This document shows, in pieces, positions 30,530 through 40,353 of a DNA stretch of 64,000 bases. This DNA is from an uncultured delta proteobacterium. Lineage in GTDB: Bacteria > Desulfobacterota > Syntrophia > Syntrophales > UBA2192. The notes beneath the pieces were generated by a model. That model saw only the letters and a list, made by a program, of their open reading frames with translations, was not told the origin of the DNA and made no database searches. The stretch is from positions 1-64,000 of the forward strand of contig CAVPJD010000034.1 of assembly GCA_963705165.1 (NCBI GenBank), written 5' to 3'. A program made the translations under genes and the position numbers. Within the stretch, counting starts at the first letter, position 1. Every line of letters begins with the position of its first letter.

Positions 30530-31298
30530 AGTACCTCTCCTCCATCCTGGACAGCTGCCGGATGATCTGCCCGGCATAGTCCCTTTGGGCCTTGAGCCCG
30601 TTGTACTCGAGCCTCTGCGGCTCGAAGACCTCGACGGCCATCGAGAACGTGTCACCCGGTTTCGGTATGGAGCTCCAGGTTGTCTGGCCGTCGCCCCGGG
30701 AATAAATACACAGGATTTTCATCCGGTCAAGATTTTTCACGAAGCGGCCCACTCCGTATGAGAAATTCTCCACGTCGATCCGCCCCGTCCTGGAGCGGCC
30801 GCCCTCTGGGAATACCAGGATCGTCTGCCCTGTCTCGAGCAGGTGATGGCATGTGTCGAGGGTCCGCCGCATTTCCTCGCGATCGCCGCCCCGGGTGACG
30901 GGGATGCACTTCGTCAGGTAGCAGGCGGCCGTTTCGAGGGGGTTGCGGTTGAAGTTGCTGCGCTCGGGGAGGTTCCAGGGCAGCCATCGGTACTGGAGCA
31001 GGTAGCGCCAGTTCGGCAGCATGGCATATCCCAGGAACACGGAGTCGACCAGCGTCAGATGATTTGCGCAGATGAGCCAGCTTCCCCGGTGCTGTCGGAA
31101 ATGCTCCAGGCACTGCTGCCTGAACGCCTTCAGGTCGCGGAACCGGTAGCCCATCAGCCGCATCACGACGCCGACCAGAGGGATATAGATAAACGCGGCC
31201 AGGTGGCTCAGCACGTTCTGAACTCCCAGCCATGCTTTCTCGCTACGGGTCATATCATGGTTCTTGATCTTGCCTCTATAGACGAGTGCTTCGAGCAT
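30432..31298 (-). CDS. PlsC-like lysophospholipid acyltransferase
   Basis: ANHLTLVD (NHx4D) and VFPEGGRS. Confidence 0.88.
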   Translation of the reverse strand: MLEALVYRGKIKNHDMTRSEKAWLGVQNVLSHLAAFIYIPLVGVVMRLMGYRFRDLKAFRQQCLEHFRQHRGSWLICANHLTLVDSVFLGYAMLPNWRYLLQYRWLPWNLPERSNFNRNPLETAACYLTKCIPVTRGGDREEMRRTLDTCHHLLETGQTILVFPEGGRSRTGRIDVENFSYGVGRFVKNLDRMKILCIYSRGDGQTTWSSIPKPGDTFSMAVEVFEPQRLEYNGLKAQRDYAGQIIRQLSRMEERYFESRERYRRFDGSPEQGKEPGSAVRQPGLDTR

Positions 31299-31386
31299 TG
31301 CTTATTCCCGGCTCGAAGGAACGAAGATCGAGGCTGAGGATTGAAATTTTCACCTCGCTCCTCTTCCTCGGACCTCGTGCCTGTTT

Positions 31387-31635
31387 TCAGGCCGCTTTAT
31401 TCTTGATGATCTCGATGGCGTCGCCGATGGTCCGGATCTTGTCCGCCTCGTCGTCGTCGATGGAGATGCCGAAGACGTCCTCGCATTTGATGACCACGTC
31501 GACGAGACGCGCGGAATTCACCTTCAGGTCGTTGAGGATATGGGTGTCCTTCGTCGCCGTGTCGAGCAGCTCCGGGTTTTTCGTGTACAGCTTGAGGATA
31601 TTGCACATCTCCTGGAAAATCTTCTTCTCGTCCAT
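31387..31635 (-). CDS. Acyl carrier protein
   Basis: Acidic 82 aa; DLKVNSARLVD Ppant site; EDVFGISI, TIGDA. Confidence 0.93.
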   Translation of the reverse strand: MDEKKIFQEMCNILKLYTKNPELLDTATKDTHILNDLKVNSARLVDVVIKCEDVFGISIDDDEADKIRTIGDAIEIIKNKAA

Positions 31636-31715
31636 TTCAAACTCCTTCTGAATTTATAACTTAGATTATTTCTTTCTCTTCCTCGTTCCTCGGTCCTCGA
31701 ACCTCGGACCTTTCT

Positions 31716-32993
31716 TTATCCTTCCCACTTCTTAAAAATCATGCAGCTGTTCACATCGCCGAAACCGAAGCCGGCCTTGGCGATGATTTTCACGTTGGGG
31801 TCCTCGATCAGCTGCTGCGGGATGCGCCGGGCGAAGGCCTCGATTTCGGGGTGCACGTCTTCGCTGTTGACCGAGGGGTGAATGAACCCCTTGCACAACT
31901 GCAGCACGACACCGACGGACTCCACGGCCCCGGCGCCGCCGAGGCAGTGACCCACGAGCGACTTCGTCGCGTTGATCCAGGGGAAGTTGGCCGGCGTGCG
32001 CTCGAGCGCGATTGCCCAGTTCTTCACTTCATGAGGGTCGGCGAAGGTGGCCGTAAGGTGCCCGTTGATGGCGTCCACGTCGGCAACGGAGATCCCCGCG
32101 TCGGCCACGGCCGCGCGGATGCAGCGCTGTACGCTTTCCGGGTTGGGCGCCGTCATGGAGCCGCCGTTTCGGTGCCCGCCGCAGTTGACGGCCCCGCCCA
32201 AAAGCTCGGCGTAGATCTTCGCACCGCGCTGACGTGCCGTCTCCAGATCCTCCAGGATGAGGGCGCCGGCGCCCGAACCGGGCACAAAGCCCGCAGCCGT
32301 GGCGCTCATGGGCCTCGAGGCCTTTTCGGGCTCGCCGTTGAACTTGCGGCACATGACCTTCATAGAGTCGAAGCCCGCCCAGATGTAAGGGGAAGACCCC
32401 TCGGAGCCGCCCGCGATCATGCGCTTCGCAAGACCGCTGCGTATGCGGATCATGGAATCGATGATCGCCTCGTTTCCCGTGCTGCAGGCCGACGAGTTGG
32501 ACGTCACCTGATTGCCGAGGGCGAGCAGGCCTGCGATCTTGGCGCTCGTGGAGCTGTTCATGACCATCTGGACGATCATGCTGCCCATGCGCCGGATCTG
32601 GTTTGCGTTGACCTTCGGGACGACTTCGCCTGCGATGGTCTCCATGCCGCCGATCCCCGAGCCCATGATGGCCCCCGTGTCCCAGTCCACCTCGGTGCTT
32701 TCCGGTTTCGGCACGGTAAAGCCCGCATCGCGCCAGGCATCGATCGCGGCGATGCCGGCGTATCCGATGTTCTCGTTTACCGAGAGAAGATCCTCGGCGT
32801 CAAAGTATCGGCTGCGCAGCTCCTCGTAGCCCTGGGGGACGCCGCCCACCTGGCAGGCAAACCCCAGCTCCTTGAGTTGCGGGATGAAGCGGATCCCCGA
32901 GCGTCCTGCGCGCAGGGCCTGCTCGTATTCCGCAAGACCATGACCGTTGGGCGCCATGATCCCCATACCCGTGATCACAATCCTCTTTCTCAT
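31716..32993 (-). CDS. Beta-ketoacyl-ACP synthase (FabF/FabB type)
   Basis: SSACSTG, NGHLTAT and GHCLG give the Cys-His-His triad; GFGFGD. Confidence 0.93.
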   Translation of the reverse strand: MRKRIVITGMGIMAPNGHGLAEYEQALRAGRSGIRFIPQLKELGFACQVGGVPQGYEELRSRYFDAEDLLSVNENIGYAGIAAIDAWRDAGFTVPKPESTEVDWDTGAIMGSGIGGMETIAGEVVPKVNANQIRRMGSMIVQMVMNSSTSAKIAGLLALGNQVTSNSSACSTGNEAIIDSMIRIRSGLAKRMIAGGSEGSSPYIWAGFDSMKVMCRKFNGEPEKASRPMSATAAGFVPGSGAGALILEDLETARQRGAKIYAELLGGAVNCGGHRNGGSMTAPNPESVQRCIRAAVADAGISVADVDAINGHLTATFADPHEVKNWAIALERTPANFPWINATKSLVGHCLGGAGAVESVGVVLQLCKGFIHPSVNSEDVHPEIEAFARRIPQQLIEDPNVKIIAKAGFGFGDVNSCMIFKKWEG

Positions 32994-33463
32994 GTCAATT
33001 TGACTCCCATGCCGGCCAGCACACCCGAGGCGATAAGCTCCCCGTTCTCTCTTTCCATGCTGACCTTGGCTTTCAGGTTTCCTTTCCGGAAATACACCTT
33101 TTCCCCCCGGATGATGACTCTCTCGCCAGGGTTCACCATGCCCGTAAATTCCATTACGTCGATGACCGTAAAGAGTGTCGTCAGATTTCCGCTCTTCAGT
33201 TCCGCCTCCCGGCCCTGCTCCATGACGAGGTAGAGCCCGAAGGCGACGACTCCCGTCTGGGCCATGGCTTCCACGAGGATGACCCCCGGCGTGATGGGCC
33301 GCTCGGGGAAATGCCCCTTGTAGAAATATTCGTTCTCCCGGAACCTGTAGGCCCCGACGATGTGCTCCGCGTCCAGCTCCAGGATCTCGTCGATGAAGCG
33401 GAAGGGTTCCTGCTGCGGCACTGCCGCCAGGACCTTCTCCCTCGTTTCGCGGTCAGCCGCCAT
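32990..33463 (-). CDS. fabZ: 3-hydroxyacyl-ACP dehydratase, FabZ type
   Basis: PFRFID, GHFP..PITPGVILVEAMAQ. Confidence 0.85.
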   Translation of the reverse strand: MAADRETREKVLAAVPQQEPFRFIDEILELDAEHIVGAYRFRENEYFYKGHFPERPITPGVILVEAMAQTGVVAFGLYLVMEQGREAELKSGNLTTLFTVIDVMEFTGMVNPGERVIIRGEKVYFRKGNLKAKVSMERENGELIASGVLAGMGVKLT

Positions 33464-34181
33464 AGAGGCCCCCGTTGACGTGGATGACGCTGCCCGTGAT
33501 GTAGGAGCCCTTTGTGGCGAGGAAGGCCACCACCTCGGCCACCTCCTCGGGTTTTCCCATTCGGCCGAGCGGCACGCCGGAAAGGAGCCTCTCCCGGATC
33601 TCTTCGGGCAGCACCGAGGTCATCTCCGTATCGATGAAGCCGGGCGCCACGGAGTTGACCAGGATATTGCGGCCCGCAAGCTCGCGGCAGAGCGACTTCG
33701 TGAAGACGTCCATGGCCGCCTTTTCCATCGTGTAGGGGATCTGCCCAGCGTTTCCCGTGTGCCCCACAACGCTCGAGATGTTGATGATGCGTCCGCTCCC
33801 CTTCCGAAGCATGTGCTGACGGAGCACCCGTTTCGTGAGGTACCAGATCCCCCTCGTGAGGGCCCGCTGCTCGTCGAACTGCTCGACCTTCATGGAGTTG
33901 ATGTCGGCGTTGATGGAGAGTCCCGCATTGTTGACGAGCACGTCGACCCGTCCGGCCTGCTCCTTGATTGCGTTTACCAGGGCTTCCACCTGGTCGATCT
34001 CGGCCAGGTCGGCCTGCAGCAGGAAGGCGTCGCCCAATTCGGCCTGGAGGGCCTGTGCGCTCGCGGCGCTTTTCCGGAAATGGAGCCCCACGCGAAAGCC
34101 CTCTTTCGCCAGGGCCCTGGCGCAGGCAGTCCCGATCCCCGTGCCGCTTCCCGTTACGATGGCAACCGGTTTGTCATTCAT
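33453..34181 (-). CDS. fabG: 3-oxoacyl-ACP reductase (SDR)
   Basis: TGSGTGIG, NNAG, YxxxK (YTMEK), PGFIDTEMT, NGGL. Confidence 0.88.
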   Translation of the reverse strand: MNDKPVAIVTGSGTGIGTACARALAKEGFRVGLHFRKSAASAQALQAELGDAFLLQADLAEIDQVEALVNAIKEQAGRVDVLVNNAGLSINADINSMKVEQFDEQRALTRGIWYLTKRVLRQHMLRKGSGRIINISSVVGHTGNAGQIPYTMEKAAMDVFTKSLCRELAGRNILVNSVAPGFIDTEMTSVLPEEIRERLLSGVPLGRMGKPEEVAEVVAFLATKGSYITGSVIHVNGGLYGG

Positions 34182-34191
34182 GAGCCATTCC

Positions 34192-34779
34192 TTATTTCAT
34201 GATGCCGCCGACCGAATTGGGCGACGGATGCGGGTAGTCCGGATAGGCGATCCCGTGAAAGACTCCCGTTCGTGCATCTTTCAATGTCATGATCAGCTCG
34301 TTGTCGACGAAGATGTCGGCATCGGCGATGACGATGCTCGCCCCGGAGTCCTTGAGGTGCTGAAAGCGCTTTACGTTGATTTCGTAGCGCACCACCTTGT
34401 TATAGGGGCGGATCTGGCCGCTGAAGAAGACCTCGCCGCAGCCCAGCGCCCTTCCCGTGCCCAGCGCCCCGCGCCACAGACAGAAGAAACCGAGAAGCTG
34501 CCAGACGGCGTCCACACAGAGGCAGCCCGGCTGGACCGGGTCGCCGGGCAGGTGGCACTGGAAGTACCAGGCATCCAGGCGGATGTCCTGCTCGGCCACG
34601 ATCGATCCCTGGCGGTTGTTCTTCGTAATGGAGAGGATCCGGTCGACCATGAGAAGCGGCGGAGCGGGAAGTTTTGCGTCCATGCCCTTCGGCGCGTCCT
34701 CGACGAGGTTGCCGTAAACGATGGCAAGGATCTCCTTCAGATCGAAGTGATTCCTGTCCATGAATTCCTGGTACGTCAT
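34192..34779 (-). CDS. fabA: FabA-type dehydratase/isomerase
   Basis: LPAPPLLMVDRI, WYFQCHLPGDPVQPGCLCVDAVWQLLGF, GRALG. Confidence 0.88.
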   Translation of the reverse strand: MTYQEFMDRNHFDLKEILAIVYGNLVEDAPKGMDAKLPAPPLLMVDRILSITKNNRQGSIVAEQDIRLDAWYFQCHLPGDPVQPGCLCVDAVWQLLGFFCLWRGALGTGRALGCGEVFFSGQIRPYNKVVRYEINVKRFQHLKDSGASIVIADADIFVDNELIMTLKDARTGVFHGIAYPDYPHPSPNSVGGIMK

Positions 34780-35768
34780 GAGGGCTCCTTCACCGTCAGC
34801 ATCATGTGGGCCCAGCTGAGGCCGGCCCCGACCTGCACGAGGGCCACGTGGTCGCCGTGCTTGAGATCGTTCCAGTGCTGGCTCAGCGACCCGGGGGCGC
34901 CGGCCGTTGCCGTGTTTCCGAAAAATTCTACATTGTGCCAATGGTTCTCCGGGCTGATCCCGCAGCGCTCGCAGACGGTTCTCAGCATGCCGAGGTTTGC
35001 CTGGTGGCCGACGAATTTGAGATGTCCGTTGAGCGAGGGGTTGGCGGCCTGGATGATGCGCAGGGCATCGGTTGTCTTGCGGATGGCAAAGCCCTGCACC
35101 GCGCTGCCGTCCTGGTTGAAGTGGCCCGTCCGGCGTATCGACACCTTGTCCCAGCAGGAGGGCTTCGCGTCGAAGTGCGTGGCGTCGATGATTTTTCCGG
35201 ACGGCTCGGTCAGCGACACGACAGCGGCGGTGCTCCCGTCGCCGAAGAGGCATGCCGACCGGCGGTCCGAGAAATCGAGGCAGCGAGTCAGGTTCTCGGG
35301 CTGCGAGATCAGGATATACGGGGGAAGCACCCCCGGGTTCATGTTCGAGAGAAAATGGATCTGCAGCGCGAAGCTCGTGCAGGCCGAATTCATGTCGAAG
35401 GCGGGCACGTCGATCCCGAGCTGGGCCGCAACCGTCGAGGCCTCGGCCGGCGAGGCCACATCGGGGGCCGAGCTGCCGGAGATCACCATGCCGATGTCCT
35501 CCGTCGCGATCCCCGCCCGCTCGAGGGCCATGCGGGCAGCCGCCGCGGCCGTCTGGCCGTTCGTGTAGAGGCTTGCCTCCTGGGCGGCGCGCACGTCGCT
35601 GTTCTTCGTGGCCCGGATGTATTCCAGGGGCAGGACCGTGTGCCGCTCGCGGATCCCCACGCGCTCCTCGATCCACTCCACGCTCGAGCCGATGTCGAGA
35701 TCGCTCAGGAAGCGGTTGGTGACCACATTTTCCGGGTAGAAGTGCCCGAGTCCGTGCAGGTAAATCAT
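34776..35768 (-). CDS. fabH: Beta-ketoacyl-ACP synthase III
   Basis: GIRER, NSACTSF, LFGDG, HQAN and GNT give the Cys-His-Asn triad. Confidence 0.9.
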   Translation of the reverse strand: MIYLHGLGHFYPENVVTNRFLSDLDIGSSVEWIEERVGIRERHTVLPLEYIRATKNSDVRAAQEASLYTNGQTAAAAARMALERAGIATEDIGMVISGSSAPDVASPAEASTVAAQLGIDVPAFDMNSACTSFALQIHFLSNMNPGVLPPYILISQPENLTRCLDFSDRRSACLFGDGSTAAVVSLTEPSGKIIDATHFDAKPSCWDKVSIRRTGHFNQDGSAVQGFAIRKTTDALRIIQAANPSLNGHLKFVGHQANLGMLRTVCERCGISPENHWHNVEFFGNTATAGAPGSLSQHWNDLKHGDHVALVQVGAGLSWAHMMLTVKEPS

Positions 35769-35771
35769 TTT

Positions 35772-35812
35772 GTCTGTCTGCCGTCTATTCAGTCTGTTCC
35801 GTCTATTCCGTC
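35772..35812 (-). repeat. Degenerate 9-nt tandem array before the fabH start
   Basis: Minus strand reads gacggaata gacggaaca gactgaata gacggcaga. Confidence 0.65.
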
Positions 35813-35914
35813 TTCTTTTCTCCGCCTGGGTATCGGGACGGAATGAGATTTCTCTGACAATAATCTTCAGACCGTGAGCCCCTAGACCCGAAACCCTAGA
35901 CCGGAAGCCCCTGG

Positions 35915-37117
35915 TTACACCAGTTCCCTCCCGATGATCATGTGCTGGACTTCTCGCACGCCCTCGTAGATGTCGATGATGTGGGCGTCGCGGACGAGCT
36001 TGGAGATCTCGTACTCCTGCATGTAGCCGTAGCCGCCGTGCAGATGAAGGCCTTCGTTGGCGCAAAAGAGGGCCGCCTCGGCGGCGGTGTTCTTGGCGAG
36101 CGACGAGTACATCCCGCGGTCCTCGTCGCGCTCCTGGACCTTCACGGCCGCCTTCATGAGCGCCATCTCCGCCAGTTCCACCTTCTTCCACATGGCCACG
36201 AGCGTTTCCCTCACGACGGGCATGTCGCAGAGCCTCTGTCCGAACTGCTTGCGCTCGCGGGTGTACTGGAGGGTGAGATCAAGCGCCCTGCGGGCAAGCC
36301 CCACGCCGATGGCGGCCACCATGGGCCGGGCGTAGTCGAGGACGTCGATGAGGTACTTGAAGCCCTGGCGCCGATCGCCGATGATCTGGCTCTCGTCGAC
36401 GATAACATCCTCGAAGGTGACGGTGGCCGTGTTGGAGAGGTGCTGCCCGAGCTTCTCTTCGGGCTTGCCGATGGTGATCCTGCCGCCGCCTTTCGCCGTG
36501 AGTTCCGTCTGCGGTTTTGCCGGGACATGGGGTTTGCCGTCCCGGAACATCTCCTCGACGGGGACGATGCAGCAGGCCAGCAGTTGCGCCGCGGGCTTTC
36601 CGACCTTGCAGAAGACCGTGAACTGGCTGGCGTAGGAGGCGTTGGTGATGAAGCACTTGGCGCCGTTGAGTACGTACTTCCCGTCGGCGCGCTTCGCGAT
36701 GAAGGTGCTCATGGAGGAGTTGTCCGAGCCGGCACCGGGTTCCGTGAGGCAGAAGGAGGCGAGAAGGGGCGCCTTGGCGTAAGGGCCCAGGAATTCCTGC
36801 TGCTGCCGTTCGTTTCCGTGCTGGGCGATGACGGTGTTGGCCAGGTCGTTGCACATGGCCGAGGTGGAGATGCCCGTGTCGCCGTAAGAGAGCTCCTTGA
36901 TGATCAGGGCCGTCGACACGGCGTCCATCTCGAAACCTTTGATCTCCTTGGGGATGCTCAGGTTGAGAATGCCCAGCTCCCAGGCCTTCGAGATGATCCC
37001 GAGGGGGAACTGGTGCGACTTGTCGATCTGCAGAATATTGGGGAGAATCTCGTTTTTCACGAAACGCCGGACCGTGTCGACGTACATCTGCTGCTCTTCA
37101 TTGAGGCGAAAATCCAT
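35915..37117 (-). CDS. Acyl-CoA dehydrogenase family protein
   Basis: FCLTEPGAGSD, LNGAKCFITN, ERKQFG, HGGYGY, IYEG catalytic Glu. Confidence 0.95.
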   Translation of the reverse strand: MDFRLNEEQQMYVDTVRRFVKNEILPNILQIDKSHQFPLGIISKAWELGILNLSIPKEIKGFEMDAVSTALIIKELSYGDTGISTSAMCNDLANTVIAQHGNERQQQEFLGPYAKAPLLASFCLTEPGAGSDNSSMSTFIAKRADGKYVLNGAKCFITNASYASQFTVFCKVGKPAAQLLACCIVPVEEMFRDGKPHVPAKPQTELTAKGGGRITIGKPEEKLGQHLSNTATVTFEDVIVDESQIIGDRRQGFKYLIDVLDYARPMVAAIGVGLARRALDLTLQYTRERKQFGQRLCDMPVVRETLVAMWKKVELAEMALMKAAVKVQERDEDRGMYSSLAKNTAAEAALFCANEGLHLHGGYGYMQEYEISKLVRDAHIIDIYEGVREVQHMIIGRELV

Positions 37118-37178
37118 GCAATGCTCCTTCTGTGCAGTGGGTCTTGGTGTGGTCTCCGCGGGCGGCGGCCCTTTCCGA

Positions 37179-38123
37179 TCAGTTCTCGGTGAAGGTCCGC
37201 TGGGCGGAGGAGAGTGTGGTCAGCGAGATGCAGGTCACGCCGATCGTTTTGAAGAAGTCCCGGAGGGGACGGTTGGGACCGATTTCATAGACGGTATCGG
37301 CCTGCGACGCGATGGCTCTCATGTTGTCGCACCACTGGACGGTGCCGGAGAGCTGGGCCACGAGGCGCTCGATTACCTCTTCCATGTTAGCAGAGTGGAA
37401 ACGGCCTGTATAGTTGGAAGTGACCTTCACGGCGTTCTCGGCCTTCATCTGCCTGCGGACGCAGGCCAGTTCGCCTTCGAAGGGCTCCTCGATCGAGTGC
37501 ATGAAGCGGCTGTGGAAAGGGGCGCTCACGTTGAGGGCCACGATCCGCGTGGGGTTCTCATCGGCCAGGGCCTTCGCGAGGCGCTCTTCGGCCTCGGGCA
37601 TGGCCTTCGAACGGCCGCTGATCACGATCTGGTTGGGCGAGTTGATGTTCGCCACGTCGATGGGCAGATCGGAAAGCAACTCCCGGATCATCCGGGCGTT
37701 GAGGTCCTTGCGGATGACGGCGGCCATGCTGCCCTGTCCCACGGGGACGGCTTCCTGCATGAGGCGGCCGCGGATGTGGACGATGCGGATGACCGTCTCG
37801 AGCGGCAGGACGCCCGCAGCCACAAGCGCCGTGTACTCGCCGAGGCTGTGACCGCCGAACACGTCGGGGGTGATGCCGTATTTTTCCATGATGGCCTTCA
37901 GCATGGCGATTTCCGTCACCACGATGCTGGGCTGGGCATAGGCGGTCAGGTTGAGCTTCTCGTCTTCGCCGAAGCAAAGCGCTGCCACATCCCACCCCAG
38001 GGCGTCGGAGGCCTCCTCATAGATCCGGCGGCATTCGGGGATGCTCTCGTAAAAGTCCTTGCCCATCCCCTGGCGCTGGGAACCCTGTCCCGGAAATACA
38101 ATGGCAGTCTTGCCGTTAGCCAT
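37179..38123 (-). CDS. fabD: Malonyl-CoA:ACP transacylase
   Basis: FPGQGSQ, GHSLGEY, RGRLMQ, SAPFHS, EIGP. Confidence 0.96.
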   Translation of the reverse strand: MANGKTAIVFPGQGSQRQGMGKDFYESIPECRRIYEEASDALGWDVAALCFGEDEKLNLTAYAQPSIVVTEIAMLKAIMEKYGITPDVFGGHSLGEYTALVAAGVLPLETVIRIVHIRGRLMQEAVPVGQGSMAAVIRKDLNARMIRELLSDLPIDVANINSPNQIVISGRSKAMPEAEERLAKALADENPTRIVALNVSAPFHSRFMHSIEEPFEGELACVRRQMKAENAVKVTSNYTGRFHSANMEEVIERLVAQLSGTVQWCDNMRAIASQADTVYEIGPNRPLRDFFKTIGVTCISLTTLSSAQRTFTEN

Positions 38124-38370
38124 TTTCGTTTTCTCCTTCGGTCCTTCTTCTCTCTCTTTGTAAGTCGAGCCGCCCCTTGGCGGCCCGCCCCCTTATGAGC
38201 ATCAGTCATGCCAGGGGGGCGGAAGGGAATATAGTTGTACCTAAGACATTGATTTAATGCATAAATAAATGAAAAAGGCGCGAGGCGAAGGACAGGGAAA
38301 ACGGTGAAAAGGTGTATACTTCGCTTCACACTGGGAAAAGGGGTATACAGGGCGCGGGTTAAAAAAAATA

Positions 38371-38417
38371 TTTACAGGAGAAAGGAAGACGCGTATAAGG
38401 GAATGAACGTTCATTCC
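38371..38417 (+). promoter_or_regulatory. Sigma70 promoter with an adjacent 18-bp palindrome (probable TetR operator)
   Basis: TTTACA-N17-TATAAG, then the perfect palindrome GGAATGAAC|GTTCATTCC at 38400-38417. Confidence 0.78.
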
Positions 38418-38443
38418 GGAGCGGTTGAGATAGAGGTCAGGTC

Positions 38444-39034
38444 ATGAAAAATTCGGACAAGCGTGAAGAGATCATGCAGGCGGCCGTCGAGCTGATAGCC
38501 GAACATGGCTTTCACGGGGCTCCCATGGCCATGGTCGCCGACAGGGCTGGTGTGGGCGCCGGCACGATCTATCGCTATTTCGAAAGCAAGGATGCGTTGA
38601 TAGCCGAGATCTTCAGCGAACTGGAAAAAAAAGTGGTGGAATCGTTGATGGAGGGATACTCCCGTGACCGTTCCCTTCGGGACCGGTTCATTCATCTCTC
38701 CACCATGATCATCCGTTATTTCATGGCCAATGCGATTCATTTCCGGTTCATCGAACAGTACATGAATTCGCCTTACGGGGTGTCCCTCCGCCGGGAGCGG
38801 CTTCTGGGAAAAGCACGGGACATCGATCTCTTCCGGCATCTTCTGCAGGAGGGGATCGACCGCCGGGCGCTCAAGGACCTGCCCCTCACCCTGCACTTTG
38901 CCCTGGCCTTCGGCCCCATTCTTTCCCTGCTGCGGGATCATATCCTCGGGTTCCTGGAGCTGGACGACGTGCTGATTCAGAAAGCGGTTGAGGCCTGTTG
39001 GGACGGGGTCAGAAGGCTGGATGTGCCCGGATGA
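38444..39034 (+). CDS. TetR/AcrR family regulator
   Basis: N-terminal HTH GFHGAPMAMVADRAGVGAGTIYRYFESK. Confidence 0.95.
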   Translation: MKNSDKREEIMQAAVELIAEHGFHGAPMAMVADRAGVGAGTIYRYFESKDALIAEIFSELEKKVVESLMEGYSRDRSLRDRFIHLSTMIIRYFMANAIHFRFIEQYMNSPYGVSLRRERLLGKARDIDLFRHLLQEGIDRRALKDLPLTLHFALAFGPILSLLRDHILGFLELDDVLIQKAVEACWDGVRRLDVPG

Positions 39035-39144
39035 CGAGCGGCGTCATCGACAGGGCGGGAAAAAGGAACCAAAAAAATCATTCCCACCCTGCCGCCGACA
39101 CGGTGGCGGCAGGGTGGTCATTGACCGAATCGAAGAGGTGTCGC

Positions 39145-40341
39145 ATGCAAATCAGTCGAAAAATCCGGATGATTGTTGCTGCCGGGGCTTTGGCCGCCCT
39201 ATGGATCCCGGCCGGTTGCGATTCCACGGGCAAGGCGCCGCCTCAGGCAGGACCTATGGAGGTGGCCGTTGCGGAGATCAGGCCGCAACGCGTTGCGATC
39301 ACGACGGAACTGAACGGCCGAACATCCGCCTATCTCGTAGCCGAAGTGCGCCCGCAGGTGGGCGGCATCATTCAGAAACGCCTCTTCAGGGAGGGCTCCG
39401 ACGTAAAGGCCGGCGATGTCCTCTACCAGATCGACCCGGCGACCTACGAGGCGGCCCATGCCAGCGCGAAGGCGGCGCTGGCCCGGGCGGAGGCCAGCAT
39501 CTCAACAACCCGTGTCCGGGCGGAGCGTTACAGGGAGCTGGTGGATATCAAGGCGGTCAGCCGGCAGGAATACGACGATGCGACAGCGGCCCTCAAGCAG
39601 GTTGATGCGGATATCGAGGCCGGCAGGGCGGCCGTTGAAACCGCACGGATCAACCTGGCCTACACCCGCGTCATCGCGCCGATAACCGGGCGCATCGGCA
39701 AATCGTCGGTGACCGTGGGCGCGCTGGTGACGGCGAGCCAGGGGATCCCTCTTGCCACGATTCAGCAGATCGATCCCGTCTACGTCGACGTCACCCAGTC
39801 GAGCGCCAGCCTGCTGCGGCTGCAGCAGAGCATGGCGAGCGGCACGCTCAAACGGGACAGCGCCAACCGGGCAAAGGTCAAGCTGATCCTGGAAGACGGC
39901 ACCACCTACCCCCAGGAGGGGACCCTTCAATTCCAGGATATTACGGTAGACCCGACAACGGGGTCCTTCATCCTGCGCATCGTATTTCCCAATCCGAAAC
40001 ACGTCCTGCTGCCGGGCATGTACGCCCGGGCTGTTCTGGAGGAAGGGGTCAACGAGCAGGCGATCCTCGTCCCGCAGCAGGGGGTCAGCCGCGACCCGAA
40101 GGGAAATCCGACTTCGTTGATCGTGGATGCCGAGGGCAAGGTCCAGCAGCGGTTGCTCGTGCTGGATCGCACCATTGGCGATCAATGGCTGGTTTCATCG
40201 GGCCTTGCGCCCGGCGACCGGGTGATCGTCGAGGGGATGCAGAAGGTCAGGCCCGGCGCTTCCGTGAAGGCAGTTCCTTACAATGCCGGAAAGAGAGGGG
40301 AAGGCAAGGCCGCGGCCCCTCCGGCCGAAAAATCGAACTGA
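39145..40341 (+). CDS. RND efflux periplasmic adaptor (AcrA/MexA-like)
   Basis: Lipobox PAGC, AEVRPQVGGII, LYQIDPA, APITGRIG, LLPGMY. Confidence 0.95.
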   Translation: MQISRKIRMIVAAGALAALWIPAGCDSTGKAPPQAGPMEVAVAEIRPQRVAITTELNGRTSAYLVAEVRPQVGGIIQKRLFREGSDVKAGDVLYQIDPATYEAAHASAKAALARAEASISTTRVRAERYRELVDIKAVSRQEYDDATAALKQVDADIEAGRAAVETARINLAYTRVIAPITGRIGKSSVTVGALVTASQGIPLATIQQIDPVYVDVTQSSASLLRLQQSMASGTLKRDSANRAKVKLILEDGTTYPQEGTLQFQDITVDPTTGSFILRIVFPNPKHVLLPGMYARAVLEEGVNEQAILVPQQGVSRDPKGNPTSLIVDAEGKVQQRLLVLDRTIGDQWLVSSGLAPGDRVIVEGMQKVRPGASVKAVPYNAGKRGEGKAAAPPAEKSN

Positions 40342-40353
40342 CGGAGGCGAGTG

